Shown: positions 23,879 through 37,009 of the stretch, piece after piece | Numbering within the stretch: position 1 is the first letter of the stretch | How the letters are laid out: the number at the start of each line of letters is the position of its first letter | Assembly: GCA_049999805.1 (NCBI GenBank) | Contig: JBNGIO010006396.1 | Coordinates: 1-64,000 of the forward strand | From: Folioceros fuciformis | Taxonomy: Eukaryota | Length of the DNA stretch: 64,000 nt | Reading direction: 5' to 3' | The notes under the pieces: generated by a model | Seen by the model: the letters and a program-made list of their open reading frames with translations, nothing else | Told to the model about the DNA's origin: nothing | Databases searched by the model: none | Translations under genes and position numbers: made by a program

Positions 23879-25510
23879 TCAGGGAAGAGGCTCCTGGACA
23901 TTGCCCAGTCGGTTCAGATGTAGGTACGCATCAGTCCCTGCTCATGAGTCACACAAGAAGCCGGCAAACTTTAGAAGCTGCAGGTATCAAGGAATGCAAA
24001 GCTGGGTCGATGCTGCCGACGCTGCCTAGGGCAGGCCAGGCCAGGGAAGAACGTACCGTAGCCCTCCATGGAAATGACCTGCAAATCCCCGCCAAAGTAT
24101 CTTGCATAAAGTCTACTAATTGGCAACCCATAGCCATATCCAGCCATGACCTGCGGCATCTCCTGCAACTGGCTCACTGACGTCTTGGCTGTGCTGTACA
24201 AGTAAGTCCAAATCTTGGGCAGGCCACTTCGAGGAATCCCACCACCCTCATCAGATATCTGTGAAGAACATGCCAGCCCAGCAAATCAACACACTGTCAT
24301 TGCCTGCCGAGCCTGCCACACGAGAAACTCCGTCTCTTCCAGAATTGGACCCATAAATACCACCACCTCACCTTGATCGTCACGTCTTCAATTCCATCAG
24401 CAACAACCACCCGGATGGGTGGGTAGTCACGATCATCATCCTGAAACCTCTCTTGAACGGCTCGCAGAGAGTTCTTCACCAGCTCGAAAAGCATCTGATG
24501 CAAATGTGTTGGCACGTACCTGCAGGCATGGGGGACAACCACAAGGCTTGCAAACATTGCTTGCTTGGTGGCAAAGACGACATGAGAAAGATGGCAGCTA
24601 GTCGGGGGTATGGCATCACACGTGTGCTTACGCAAAGGTGAAATGTGGGTCTCCAAAGACGTGGACCTCTGGAGCACTGCCGTAAGTCCGCATGCACGCT
24701 GATCGAGCGTCATCTATGGCGTTCTTGGCGATCTCCACTGGCGAGACGTTTGTGCATATGAGGCCGATGTAACCAGGAGGCGGATCCTGGTGGTGCAGGG
24801 CAACGTGCTGTCCTGCGCTTGCATGGAGGGACGTTGGGTGGGTTTAGTACCAAGCAACCCAAGATTCGAACAGGTGGGAAACGCAGAGCAGCTACTCACC
24901 TATCAGCATCCGGATTCCAATTCGGCTCATGTAGAATCGATCCAGAAACTGGTGGATCTCCGGGAGCTCGTTCAGGCCCACCTTGCGGCCCAGATCTTCC
25001 TTCAACTCCTGGATTCCCATGGCCATGGTGGGTACCACGTTATTGTGCCGAGCTTTGATCTGGTGTATCAGGTCCGTGAACTTCTGCTCGTCCGCGGCGT
25101 CCTGGATCTCTGGGAAGATTCTCAAGTCCTTGAATGAGTCCACGTACCAGTCCCTGACCTTCATCCAGCCACACCCACCAACATGTCAAAACACGTCCAC
25201 ACGTGTCCCCGGTTGTTAGCTCATGTCGCGTCTGGACCCACGGCGACGGCACCAGCAGTACCTTGAGAACGGGGCTCTTGAGGGACAACCCTTGAGGCAG
25301 ATTGTCGAGCTCCGCCACACGGTGAGCCAGCCGAACTGGCAGCTCCTTGTGCAGAAACTGGGCAGACACCAAGAGATTCTTCTCGGTGGGATAGGAGCCG
25401 AAATCCATCATGTACTTCAGGCTGACTCCGGTCTGCTTCCTCAGACTGCACTTGTAGATGTCGTCCAGGACACTTCTGGCCACCGATTCCGCCAATCTCT
25501 TGGCTGCCAT
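23879..25510 (-). CDS. PDK: Mitochondrial pyruvate dehydrogenase kinase, multi-exon
   Basis: [74 protein letters not shown] and QEPLP*. Confidence 0.96.
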
Positions 25511-26508
25511 AGCTCCCTCGTGCAAACCCCCTTGCGTTGAGACCCACCCTACAGAACCCGAAACAGCACAACCCCGGCCAGATCCCCTCCCAGCTCAGAC
25601 CACATCTCCAATCACCCCCTCAGCTCACGATCCCAGCACCGGAGCTCCTCGCCCTCCACAGCCTTCGACGCTGCCACATGCTTTCCTCACAAGCCCGATG
25701 CACCCAATTCCACCTACAACACAGTGAGCCCCTCACACACGTTTTGAACCAGGTGGGAGCCAGCATAGGGAAGAATTCCAAGAGTTCGGATTCTGCGCTC
25801 CCTGTACGCGAAACGATTGTGGGCTGGGCTGGACTGGGCAGGCCAGGCTCTTCCGCGGAAGAATGTACGAGACGCGCCCGGATTTCGGTGAGCCTGTCCC
25901 CTCCAACTTCGGCAACGGTGCATTATAGTACTACATTCCAGCGGTGGGCTCTGCCCGGGGACTGTGAGCCACTTCTCCAGAATCGCGTTTCTTTGGTCGG
26001 GCGGAGAGAATATGCATCCCGGGGTGGACGTGGTCCACCACCACACCCTGCCTTATTACAGTTGGCGGATCAGTGTCTCCATGCCAGTACAGGTACAGCA
26101 TTCGTTCGTTGCTTGACCCATCATCGTTGGTTTCACCGAGACCCACCCCGTATCATCTCTCATGTAAGCTACGGCAAACTCGATAGGTCAGCCATCCCCC
26201 TTGCCGCCCGCATCTGCCAGGTGTTGTCTGACACTGCGGATTCACCTTCACTACACCATGTCTGCTTACTTGCAGCCCACGCTGCTGACGTCTGGTCTTT
26301 GCCGTGAGTGGGACTCTCGACTCAACGGCATCACATGACGTACTTGAACACCCGAGGGTGACGACACCATCACCGAACAAAGGAAACGTGCCCTCGTCAG
26401 GAAGGCTGCAGTAAAATGTATGGCTCAACAGTTTTACAACTACGGATGCGAAGGCTATCTTCTGTTGAGCAGAAATCGAGAAGCTGGCTGTGGTGAAGAG
26501 AATGAGGA

Positions 26509-27328
<820 letters not shown>

Positions 27329-27507
27329 CGTCGTCCCTCCTCGTGCCTTCAGCGAGTGCTTCATGAACGTAGTGCCAGCCAGGCACTANNNNNNNNNNNN
27401 NNNNNNNNNNNNNNNNNNNNNNNNNNNNNNNNNNNNNNNNNNNNNNNNNNNNNNNNNNNNNNNNNNNNNNNNNNNNNNNNNNNNNNNNCCTCGGGGCTCC
27501 AACAGCG

Positions 27508-27969
27508 ATGGCGACCCTGAACTGCATCACAGCGTCGTCCTCACTGCTGGGTCAACCGTTCCCGGGATCTTCATGCGACCAAGCTCGTCAGAAGAGCAGC
27601 AGCAGGGGAAGGAGCAGCGGAGTGTGCGTGGTCAGATCGCAAACGAATCAAGACGCAGCAACCGAGGCGAGCCAAAGGGAACCTGCTCCCGCGGCTAAGG
27701 AGAAACAGGGCTTTCCTCCGGGATCCTGTCAGAGCTGCGGGAGGGTGGAGATGGTGGGCGGGTGCAACGGGGAGGGCAGGATTCAGGGCGGAATCGGAGC
27801 GGTGCCCGGGTTCAGGTGGTGGCCCATCAAAGCCTACAGGCCCTGCCCGGCGTTCGTGGAGGCTGGTGGGAAGTACAAGCGAACCGGGCAGAGCCTGGAC
27901 GAGGTGGCATTCGGGAGGAAGAGGAAGGACGATGACTTGGACATCTCTCAGAGGCTCAAAGGGGGCTGA
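27508..27969 (+). CDS. Small conserved, probably plastid-targeted Cys-motif protein (uncharacterised), intronless
   Basis: Ser/Arg-rich transit-peptide-like N-terminus followed by CQSCG..GCNGEGRIQGGIGAVPGFRWWPIKAYRPCP..GQSLDEVAFGR, a motif recalled from a conserved green-plant protein. Confidence 0.8.
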   Translation: MATLNCITASSSLLGQPFPGSSCDQARQKSSSRGRSSGVCVVRSQTNQDAATEASQREPAPAAKEKQGFPPGSCQSCGRVEMVGGCNGEGRIQGGIGAVPGFRWWPIKAYRPCPAFVEAGGKYKRTGQSLDEVAFGRKRKDDDLDISQRLKGG

Positions 27970-29835
27970 GGCTGAGGATCCATGGACCGAGGAGCCATCT
28001 TTCCCCTCCTGCAAGCATGCCGCTGTCTTGACATCGGATTCCTGTGGGTTCCTGTGTGCAAGGCAGAGCATTTGTTGGGTGCATTGGGCAGCACAAACGA
28101 TCCTCCATTGGTGCAGGTTAGGACAGTGTGCAGTCTTGAAGTAAAGTGCTTTGACGAGGTTGTACAAGGTTCAGAGTGAGATGTGTGCAAATGCAAAGCA
28201 TTGTGCAAGCAACTGTGACCCGGGTTGGCGTCAATGGGATGCATTGGGATCTCAGTCCTGGAATATCGTAGTTCCACCATGCCCAGAAAGTCTCCGGGTT
28301 TGTCCCATGCCGTGCTGTGCGGGGTTCACTCTATCAAGAGAACATTCACATCCCCCAAGGTACAAAGGCAAAGGCCTCCGTCGGGGGTGCGAGGGCGCAC
28401 ATGAATCTTGCATATTTCAGAAAATAAATACAATTAATCATAGTATAAGTAGAATAAATACATAGTATTATTAAAAAAGCTTTTATTCATGTTAAAATAT
28501 TATTTAAAACCCAAAAAGTTAAGATAACTCATGATTGGGAAAATCTACTGATTGGAGCACAAGGGCCGCCAATCCTTTACAGCCTAATGACTATTAATAG
28601 CACTAAAATAATAGCACTAAAATATTTAAAGCTTAATGACTATCAGTAGCAGTTTTTGTGGGCAATTTTTATAGGTTCTCAAACTATAGTTTTAGAGGAA
28701 CCAGTAAAAAGTGCAATTAAACCACATGAACAAATGACTGAACCCGCATGGTTTCGACATGCATTGTATGCACATGAAGAGGAAGAGGAATTCTATTAGA
28801 GTCCCCTCAAAAAAGTTTTCCTTTATGGAACTTGCTACTTAGCAACTTGTACCATAGTATACTTAGCTACCAATACTCCAAAGGCATCCTCCCTGTGAAT
28901 CTCAGTACCAATCTAAACGTTGGGTGCTTAATCCTACAGTTCTTATAAGCTATGTGTCCATTTGTTTGAGATGCTTAATCCTAAAGTTCCAGTAAGCTTT
29001 TGTCCATTTGGTCGGAGCACAAGATGCTTAATCCCCTTCTTATAAACTTTGTCCATTTGGCCTAATCCATTTAAAATGGTGAAATATTTTCATCCTCTCT
29101 GGCATTGCCTCAAAGCATTCCTCGTCCTTACCTATCTTTGTTTTTTGGGATTTGTTGCCTTCCTCCTTGAACGTAATAGCCTATTTTGCACACCAATTGT
29201 CTTATGAGGATCTAATATTGGACCATTGCACTAGATTATGGACACATCATTGCTCAAGCTATGAAGTCTAGGAATCTATGTGGAAGTGGACAAGTATAGG
29301 AAGCTTGCAATAAATTATTATAGACATCTTCAAAAATTGGAGATATGGCTATGAAAGCAAAGATTGCAATAGATAGAGCACGTATGTTGCCAAATGCAAT
29401 CATCTGGGACGTTGAAGTAGCTGGAAGTGGTGCTTTGTGTATGTTGTTATGAGGCCTCCGCATATTTGATCTTTCTTGCCCTTGCCCTTCATATGTAGGG
29501 ACAAAGTTGCTGAAGAGAAATATGTTTTTTGTCTCGTAACACGCCTGGCTAATGAAGGGACAAGGAAACTAGGCATGGGCAAACCGGCGAAATGTGGTCC
29601 TCAGAGCACTCCAAGCACAAAGGATCGGATTGCAGTGTACAGATTTACAGGCCCAAGTTCCATCGCGGGATAATCGGATTTGGATAAGCCCTGCTCTGTG
29701 CACTGGATAGTTCCGCTTAGCCATATGATCGTTGCAGACCGACACCAAGTTTTCTCATTGGATTTCATCGTTTCCAGCTCCAGGAATCTGGAGCTACAGG
29801 TATCCTTGTGGGAAACGATACATGCAGAATCTGAC

Positions 29836-32800
29836 ATGGCTCTCTTCCTTTCACAGCCCGTTTGGAGATCGGTTGCTGTTTTGATGAGCTTGGACAGTCT
29901 TGTTTTCGCCATATGGCGAGTCGGAGGGCTGTAACCGGATCTGGTGTTCAGAGTTAAGGTTTTTTCTTATGCTTCGGCAGATCATGGCTGTTAGACGTAT
30001 CACAATTCGTTCACAAAGGTGCGTCCGTCGCAAAGAATGTCTGTCTGGGGATCCCTTGTGGCAACAGTCCTTTTCGGATCATACTCTCTGGAGGGATATA
30101 CTGCACCGTAAAATGCAAATGGGTCCTTTTGCATCTTCTTCCACCTGGAGCTTGCAGCGTGATATCGATCCTGAGCCTGACGAGCCTGCAGAGTATGAGA
30201 AGGAGCCTGTTACTGGTGATACTGTGAGTCAACTTTGTCAGCAGGGGCGGGTCGCTGAGGCCGTCGAGGCTCTGGGAGTTCTGGTGCGGAAGGATCGCCG
30301 TGTTGCGCAATTCTTGTTTTATGTCGTGCTGAAAAGCTGTATGGTACAGAGGGACCTGGTTCTGGGTCGCCGTGTACATGGTCTGGCCGTGGAGAAGGGG
30401 TATGAGTCGGACACGTTCCTGTGCAACCATGTGATTCGGATGTATTCTTCTCATGGTAGGTTGCAAGAAGCGATGGATGTGTTCACCGTAGTTACCACCC
30501 CTGATTCATTTATGTGGTCTTCAATAATTTCTGCACATGTGAGCCACGGGCAGGCTAAGCAGGGCATACAACTGTATCATCGGATGTGCAGGTCATGTGT
30601 GAAGCCAGATGGGCATGTATTCGTGGCAGCGCTGCAGGCTTGCGCAAGGGGAGCAGACTTAAAAAGTGGGCAGCGGGTGCATACTGATGTGTTGGCCAGT
30701 GGAGTTGAGCCTCATTTGTTTGTATGTAATTCCTTGTTGGACATGTATGTGAAGTGTAATAGCTTGAAAGATGCTCAAAGATTGTTTGATGGACTTGGTC
30801 AAAAGGATGTGGTGACTTGGAATACCATGATAGCCGGGTACTCCCAGCAGGGTATGGGGCAGGCAGCCCTTTGTCTCTACAGTGCTATGCAAGAAGAAGG
30901 CAAACTGTCACCAGATTCTGTGACATTTGTATGCCTCCTCCAGGCCTGTGCAAGTGTAGGCACGCAAGCTTTGGAGACAGGAAAGCAGCTGCATGCTGAA
31001 ATTAGAGAACGGGGCCTTCAGGCTGATGTCTTTGTCGCTAGTGGTTTGGTAAACATGTATGCAGCATGTGGTAGTCTGGAGGATGCCCAAGGTGTGTTTG
31101 AAGGACTTAGTCAGAAAAACGTGGTCACATGGACAAGTCTGGTGGCAGGATATGCAAAGGCTGGCAGCTTGGAGGATGCCCAGGGCGTGTTTGACAGACT
31201 TGGTGAAAAGAATGTAGTGACATGGAATGCTATGATAGCAGGGTATACCCAGCAGGGAATGGGACAGGAAGCACTTCATTTGTACAGGTCCATGCTAGAA
31301 GAAGGTGCTGTTGCACCAGATGCGGTGACATTTGTCTGCCTCTTGCAGGCATGTGCACGCGTGGGCACTGCAGCTTTGGAGACGGGGAAGGAGCTTGCTG
31401 CCCAGATTCGAGGAGGAGGGCTTCATGCAGATGTTTTTGTAGCCAACAGCCTGGTGAACATGTATGCAAAGTGCGGTAGCCTCCAAGATGCTCGGGGCGT
31501 GTTTGACACAATCCGTTATAAAAATGTGGTGACGTGGAACACTATGATAGCAGGGTGCTTGCAGCATGGGATGGGGCAGGAGGCCTTGTGTCTGTACAGG
31601 ACAATGCAAGAAGAAGGTATCATTGGACCCAATTCAGTGACATTTGTGTGTCTCCTGCAGGCATGCGCAAGTTTAGGCAACTCAGCTTTTGAGATAGGGA
31701 AACAGCTTCATGCACAAATCGGACAAAATGGACTTCAGACTGATGGGCCGGTGGCGAGCAGTTTGGTGCACATGTATGCTAAGTGTGGCAGCTTGAGCGA
31801 GGCTCAAGGTGTCTTTGACGGACTTGCAGAAAAGGATGTTGTGACATGGAACGCCTTGATTGCAGGATATTCCCAGAAGGGCCTGGGACAGGCATCCCTT
31901 CTCCTTTACAAGTCTATGAAACAGGACCCTGTTGTTGATCCAGATTCTGTGACATTTGTGAGCCTCCTGCAGGCATGTGCAAGTTTGGGCCACCCAGGTT
32001 TGGAGAGGGGAAAACGGCTTCATGAAGAGATCAGTGAACGGGGACACGAAAGTGACGTATTCGTAAGCAACAGTCTGGTCAACATGTATGCAAAGTGTGG
32101 TGGCTTGAATGAGGCTCAGCAAGTGTTTGAAAAACTTAGTCGAAAAGATGTGGTGTCGTGGACATCTCTGATAGCAGGATATTCTCACCAAGGCAGGGGT
32201 CAGGAAGCTCTTCAACTCCACAGGGCTATGCAAGAAGAAGGCATCGTTGTACCAGATTCTGTGACATTTGTGTCTCTCCTGCAGGCATGTGCAAGTGTGG
32301 GTACCCCAGGGTTGGCCAAGGGGAAAGTTCTTCATGCACAGATTTTAGAACAAGGACTTCATGTTGATGTTGCTGTTGGTTGTGGCCTGGTGAACATGTA
32401 TGCGAAGTGTGGCAGCCTGGAAGATGCACTGGGTGTGTTTGATGGATTCTCTGAGAAAAACTTGATGATTTGGAATGCCATGATAGCGGGGTATTCCCAG
32501 CGGGGCATGGGGCAGGAAGCCCTTTACATATACGGGGCTATGCAGCAAGAAGGCCTGATTGCACCCGATCCTGTGACATATGTGTCCCTTCTGCAGGCAT
32601 GTGCGAGTGTGGGCAGCCCAGCTTTGGAGAAGGGGAAGCAGCTTCATGCACAAACAAGAGAACAGGGGCTCCAATGTGACGTGTTTATAGCTAGTAGTTT
32701 GGTAAACATGTACGCAAAGTGTGGCAGCTTAGAAGACGCCCGACGAGTTTTCGGAGGACTTGGTGAGAAGGATGTGGTGACATGGAATGCTATGATAGCA

Positions 32801-33805
32801 GCATATTCACAGCAAGGAATGGGACATGAAGCTCTTCGTCTTTACAGTGTTATGCAAGAGGGAGGTATCGTTGCACCTGATGCGGTGACATTTGTATGCC
32901 TCCTTCAGGCATGTGCAAACTTGGCAGCTTTAGATCTCGGAAGGCAGCTTCATGCCCAGATTAAAGAAGGCGGACTTCAACGTAATGTGCGCGTAGGCTG
33001 TAGTTTGATCAACATGTATGGAAAGTCCGGGAGTATGGTTGATGCGCAGCGGGTATTTGAGGCATTGCCCAGAAGAGATGACGTGGCCTGGAACACACTG
33101 ATCGCGGGCTACACCCGTCAAGGAGACAGCGAACTGGTCTTTGACTTATTTCGCAGAATGAGAGAGGAGGGCATTCAGCCAGCCGGCATCACATTCCTCA
33201 GTGTACTAACGGTTTGCAGCTACGCAGGTCTGGTGAACAAAGGGCAAGAGTACTTTGAGGCCATGCGCGAGAGCTATGACATCACTCCCACAGTGGGTCA
33301 CTACACGTGCATAGTGGATCTCCTGGGCCGTGCAGGCCGCCTGCGTGAGTCCCTAACGTTTGTAAGGACAATGCCTGTACAGCCGGATGCCGCAGTTTGG
33401 CTCACTCTGTTAAGTGCCTGTCACAAGTGGAGCAACGTGGAGGTGGGACTCCTGGCCTTCGATGAAGCAGTAAAGCTAGACGAGAAGGATTCCGCAGCAT
33501 ATGTATTGATGTCCAACATTTACACTGGCGCTGAGATGTGGGGACAGGCACAGGAGATGCAAGCAAGGAGGATAGGGATTGGGGCATGGAAGCAGCCAGG
33601 CCAGAGTTGGTGGACGGACAAAAATGGAGTAGTGCATAGTTTTCTGGTCGGGGATACCAGTCATCCCGAGAGTAAAGCCATATATGTAAAGTTGAAACAG
33701 CTTCATTCCAAAATGAAGGCAGAAGCCTTTGTGCCACAACTGAACTCGTCAGAGGAGGCTTTGTTTCCTCTCCACCCACTTCACAAGACGACTTCCAATG
33801 TGTAG
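29836..33805 (+). CDS. PLS-class PPR RNA-editing factor, about 30 motifs plus E1/E2 and a WW-type PG box, with the DYW domain truncated before HxE
   Basis: Regular L-S-P triplets with one extra S-type motif, then P2-L2-S2, E1, E2 and KQPGQSWWTD..VHSFLVGDTSHPES. The start is uncertain: ATG 29836 joined by a phase-0 intron 29872-29980 (weak donor), or ATG 29969/29984. Confidence 0.93.
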
Positions 33806-34325
33806 GCTGCTGTCCCTTCCCTGCGACGCTGATCCGTTCCGCACCTTAATCCGCTACACAGGCCCCGCCCTTGTCTTGCGGGACTGCCTGAATCGGAATG
33901 ACATGCATGAAGCCACCAATTCATTTCACCCAAACCTGATCCTTGGACAGACTGCTGCATTGCTTTCTTGCAATGGCAGCCGTGTGGGAAAAGACTCTGC
34001 TCCATCTCGCTCTGCACGCGCAACCATGCCGCAGAATTACTGAATGTCGCACCTCATGGTAACGGTTGGAAAGATGGTAGGCAGGTGCCGACGTGGATGC
34101 AGTTACGTTCCTCAAGGTGTATCCAGAAATTGGCCACTTCACCCTGCCTGCCAGTGAACCCGATTCCCAGGAGAAGAAATGCTTCTCTCGCTTTCTCCAG
34201 TTCCACAAACGCATCAGACTCCGACCACAGCCAAGATTTCCAAAACCGGCATTAATAATCTTTCCTCCCGAACCTAGCTCCTGAGGAGCTCAACTGCCGC
34301 AGGTTGAGTAGAACAGCCTCAACAG

Positions 34326-35215
34326 TCACGCCGATGCTTCGGAAACTGGAGAGACCTTCTCGTCCGTTGTGACAGATAATCTCCCAGCTCCGTTAGCCTC
34401 TGGATCATTGATGCCATTCTTTTCGATAGGAAGGCCAGAAACTTGAGGATGATGCTCCATGGATGGATCCTTAGAAATTGCAGCAACGTAGGACTCATCC
34501 GGCACATTGAACTGTCACCAGACCACTTTCGAGTCAGGCTGAGTCCTCACCCAGCAAAAGGTGCAGAACTCCCACAAAACTCCAAACCAGCAAGGAGACA
34601 TGATACCCTGGCAGCGCAACCCCATAGGCAGGCCTTGAAGCATCTCTGCAAACAGCAACAAATTGTGTCACGACACACAGCAACTGGCTGGCAAGTACCC
34701 GGCAGACTACAACCTCACCAACCCACAGTTCACGCATTCGAGCTAACCATTGACTGACTGGGTCTCCCAGGAGACCGGTCGAAGGACGCTGAAAAATTAC
34801 TCAGCTTGCTGTCTCCGCTGATGATAGGATCCTTGTAACATGTTTCTCGGCACTCCTCTTTGCCTGAACAGAGCAGAACCCATGAGATGCAGATCAAACT
34901 TGGACCAGAGAGCTCAAGCAAAGAGAGCCCGATTCTCACATTCATTCCAGCTTTCTCCATCACCTTTGCACCCCTTCTTGCAGTACACTCTCCCTGTGAC
35001 ACCACGAGTGAGGTCAGAGAGACCGGAAGTGAAAGCAGGAGCATCCCACAGACCTCTGAAGCCGAATGCGCAGAGAAGATCTCGGACCGTGAGCTGATAC
35101 CAGCTCACTCACATGGAATGTTGAGTATTTCTTCGTAATGGTGATTGCAGCCTTGGTAGCAAGGATTCACAATGGACGACAGGGCACTCTTCGTACTCTC
35201 CTTCTGTGTAGTCAT
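34326..35215 (-). CDS. Conserved Cys-rich uncharacterised plant protein, 5 coding exons (not visible as one ORF)
   Basis: Splicing at GT-AG sites gives MTTQKES..NPCYQGCNHHYEEILNIPWRVYCKKGCKGDGESWNECKEECRETCYKDP..FDRSPG..RCFKACLWGCAARFNVP..EASA*. The CxxxC repeats and CYKDP/DRSPG motifs are recalled from a land-plant family. Confidence 0.8.
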
Positions 35216-36034
35216 TATCCACCTCCTTCACAGTGCCCACCAGCTACAGTAGCAACTGCTGGTGAACGAAGATGAAATCCTTTGCCCGCGCCGATGGGAG
35301 AGATGATTTTCCTCGTCTCCACCCGAACAAACTCCAGCGCGCTACGGCTCAACTAAGCATGCGTCTGTAACAGAATGTAAGAAGATAATTTATCATAATA
35401 AATAATTTACTATCTCATAATATCATAAAGACTTGTATTATGATCTCTCCAACTACGAGGAACAAAAACGACATTTGGCTGCCGCAACTTGCTAACTCGA
35501 CTAGCGTTGATCTGATGTGCCTCTCGCATTGGGCAGATCTGATTTCCGGATCTCACTGGCTGTGTAAAATCTGCTTTGGCAAGCGTTGGTTCCAGAAACT
35601 TTCCGTTCGGTTTCTATTCTGGCACTCCCTGTGAACTGCAAGTTCTGGACCAAAAGTGGTGAAGAGTCGTGAAATCACGGGAGACCGATTTTGACAATCC
35701 TTCTCACTTCGGAGGATCCCGTCCTGACTTCTTGCAGGCAACCTCGATTGAATGCTGAATTCCTTATGCTGCTCCACAGCGAGGTCTGTGGAATGCCGGA
35801 CAGGATTGGGTGGAATGTTGTGGCAGAGATCGTGAGCAGCTGTGAATGTGGATGGAGCTGGCCGTGACGGCACAGTTTTTGATCCAGGTCCGGCAGTCAT
35901 GCTTTGTCGAGGGAAATCCGCAGCTGGTGATCTGACCTGATCGTGTTTCCGGGAAGGAGTGGGGTGGGAGTGTTAGGTTAGGGAGGAGTTGATATCAGTG
36001 TCGCAAGCCCTAGTAGAGGGCTGTAGCCGGCAGG

Positions 36035-37009
36035 ATGGGGTGGTGGGAGCAGGTTTTAGCAGGAGCAGGGTTTTTGGGAATCGGTCTGTATCAGGCCTTC
36101 AATTTGGTGAAGAGTTACCGGAAGTCTGGAGGGAAGAGGCTGCAGTCGGAATTCAGGTTGGGGAAGCTGAGCGTGGATTCGCTGGATGTGTATGCTGTTG
36201 CCTGTGTGGCCACGCTGCACATTGTTGCCAATTTGCTGCCTGTCTTCAAGATCCATACAGATGGTTACAGCCCGGGGGCTGCGGTACGGCTTGAGCGAAC
36301 TGCAGTGGCATGGGTTTTTTTGGTGTATGCTCTCATTGTTTTGGTCAGCGAAGGCACTAGTCTTCTGCCCCTTCCTCCAGCCATTCTCCAACTGATGGCA
36401 ATCGGGGCTTTTGTGGAGGAGTTCTCGTTGTTCTACTTCGCAGGACCTAGTGCTGGGCTAGAGGGGCAGTACCACTCCCTCCTTCTGGTTCCCATAGGTG
36501 TGTGCATAGCTTCTACTGTTTTGGAAATGGTGCACCCTAAGGCTTTGGGCCCCCCTCTGGTACGCAGCCTTGCTCTAGTCCTACAGGGCACCTGGTTCTT
36601 CCAGATTGCTACTTCTCTGTTCTCTAGCTGGATATCTCTGGGCTGTGAGCTGGACGAGAGAAGTGAGGGTGACTACACTGTCACCTGTAACAGTATGTTA
36701 AATATGCACAGAGCCCGAGCCATTGCCACCTTGCAGTTCAATCTCCACCTTGCTGCTCTCCTTATATTCTCCCTTCCAGCTTTCTCTTTTCTGTCCAAGA
36801 TTTACAGCAGCCCCAGGTATTATGAACGTCTCGGGGAAAGTGAGGTTCCTGATGAAGCCAGAGAGCTTTTCGAGCTAAAGGATTCTTCTGGAAGGAGCTT
36901 TCAACAGCCCACCTATGTTTTGGAAGATGAGGAGCAAGAGGACCAAGAGGAGGACGTGCTGTCTAAGAACTCCCCTGACAATAATGGCTTTCACAGAGTT
37001 TCAATCTGA
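36035..37009 (+). CDS. TMEM45/DUF716-type multipass membrane protein, intronless
   Basis: About 7 hydrophobic segments; AFVEEFSLFYF, GLEGQYHSLLLVPIGVC, RSLALVLQGTWFFQ and HRARAIATLQFN; acidic tail. Confidence 0.85.
   Translation: MGWWEQVLAGAGFLGIGLYQAFNLVKSYRKSGGKRLQSEFRLGKLSVDSLDVYAVACVATLHIVANLLPVFKIHTDGYSPGAAVRLERTAVAWVFLVYALIVLVSEGTSLLPLPPAILQLMAIGAFVEEFSLFYFAGPSAGLEGQYHSLLLVPIGVCIASTVLEMVHPKALGPPLVRSLALVLQGTWFFQIATSLFSSWISLGCELDERSEGDYTVTCNSMLNMHRARAIATLQFNLHLAALLIFSLPAFSFLSKIYSSPRYYERLGESEVPDEARELFELKDSSGRSFQQPTYVLEDEEQEDQEEDVLSKNSPDNNGFHRVSI

Noticed and set aside
25537-26307. 256-aa plus-strand ORF between PDK and MDP1
   Set aside because: Non-ATG start, no recognisable domain, and it overlaps the expected PDK promoter and MDP1 3' region.
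28440-29470. AT-rich block with three imperfect GCTTAATCC..GTCCATTTG repeats, possibly a transposon relic
   Set aside because: No diagnostic transposase motif or termini, so it could not be classified.
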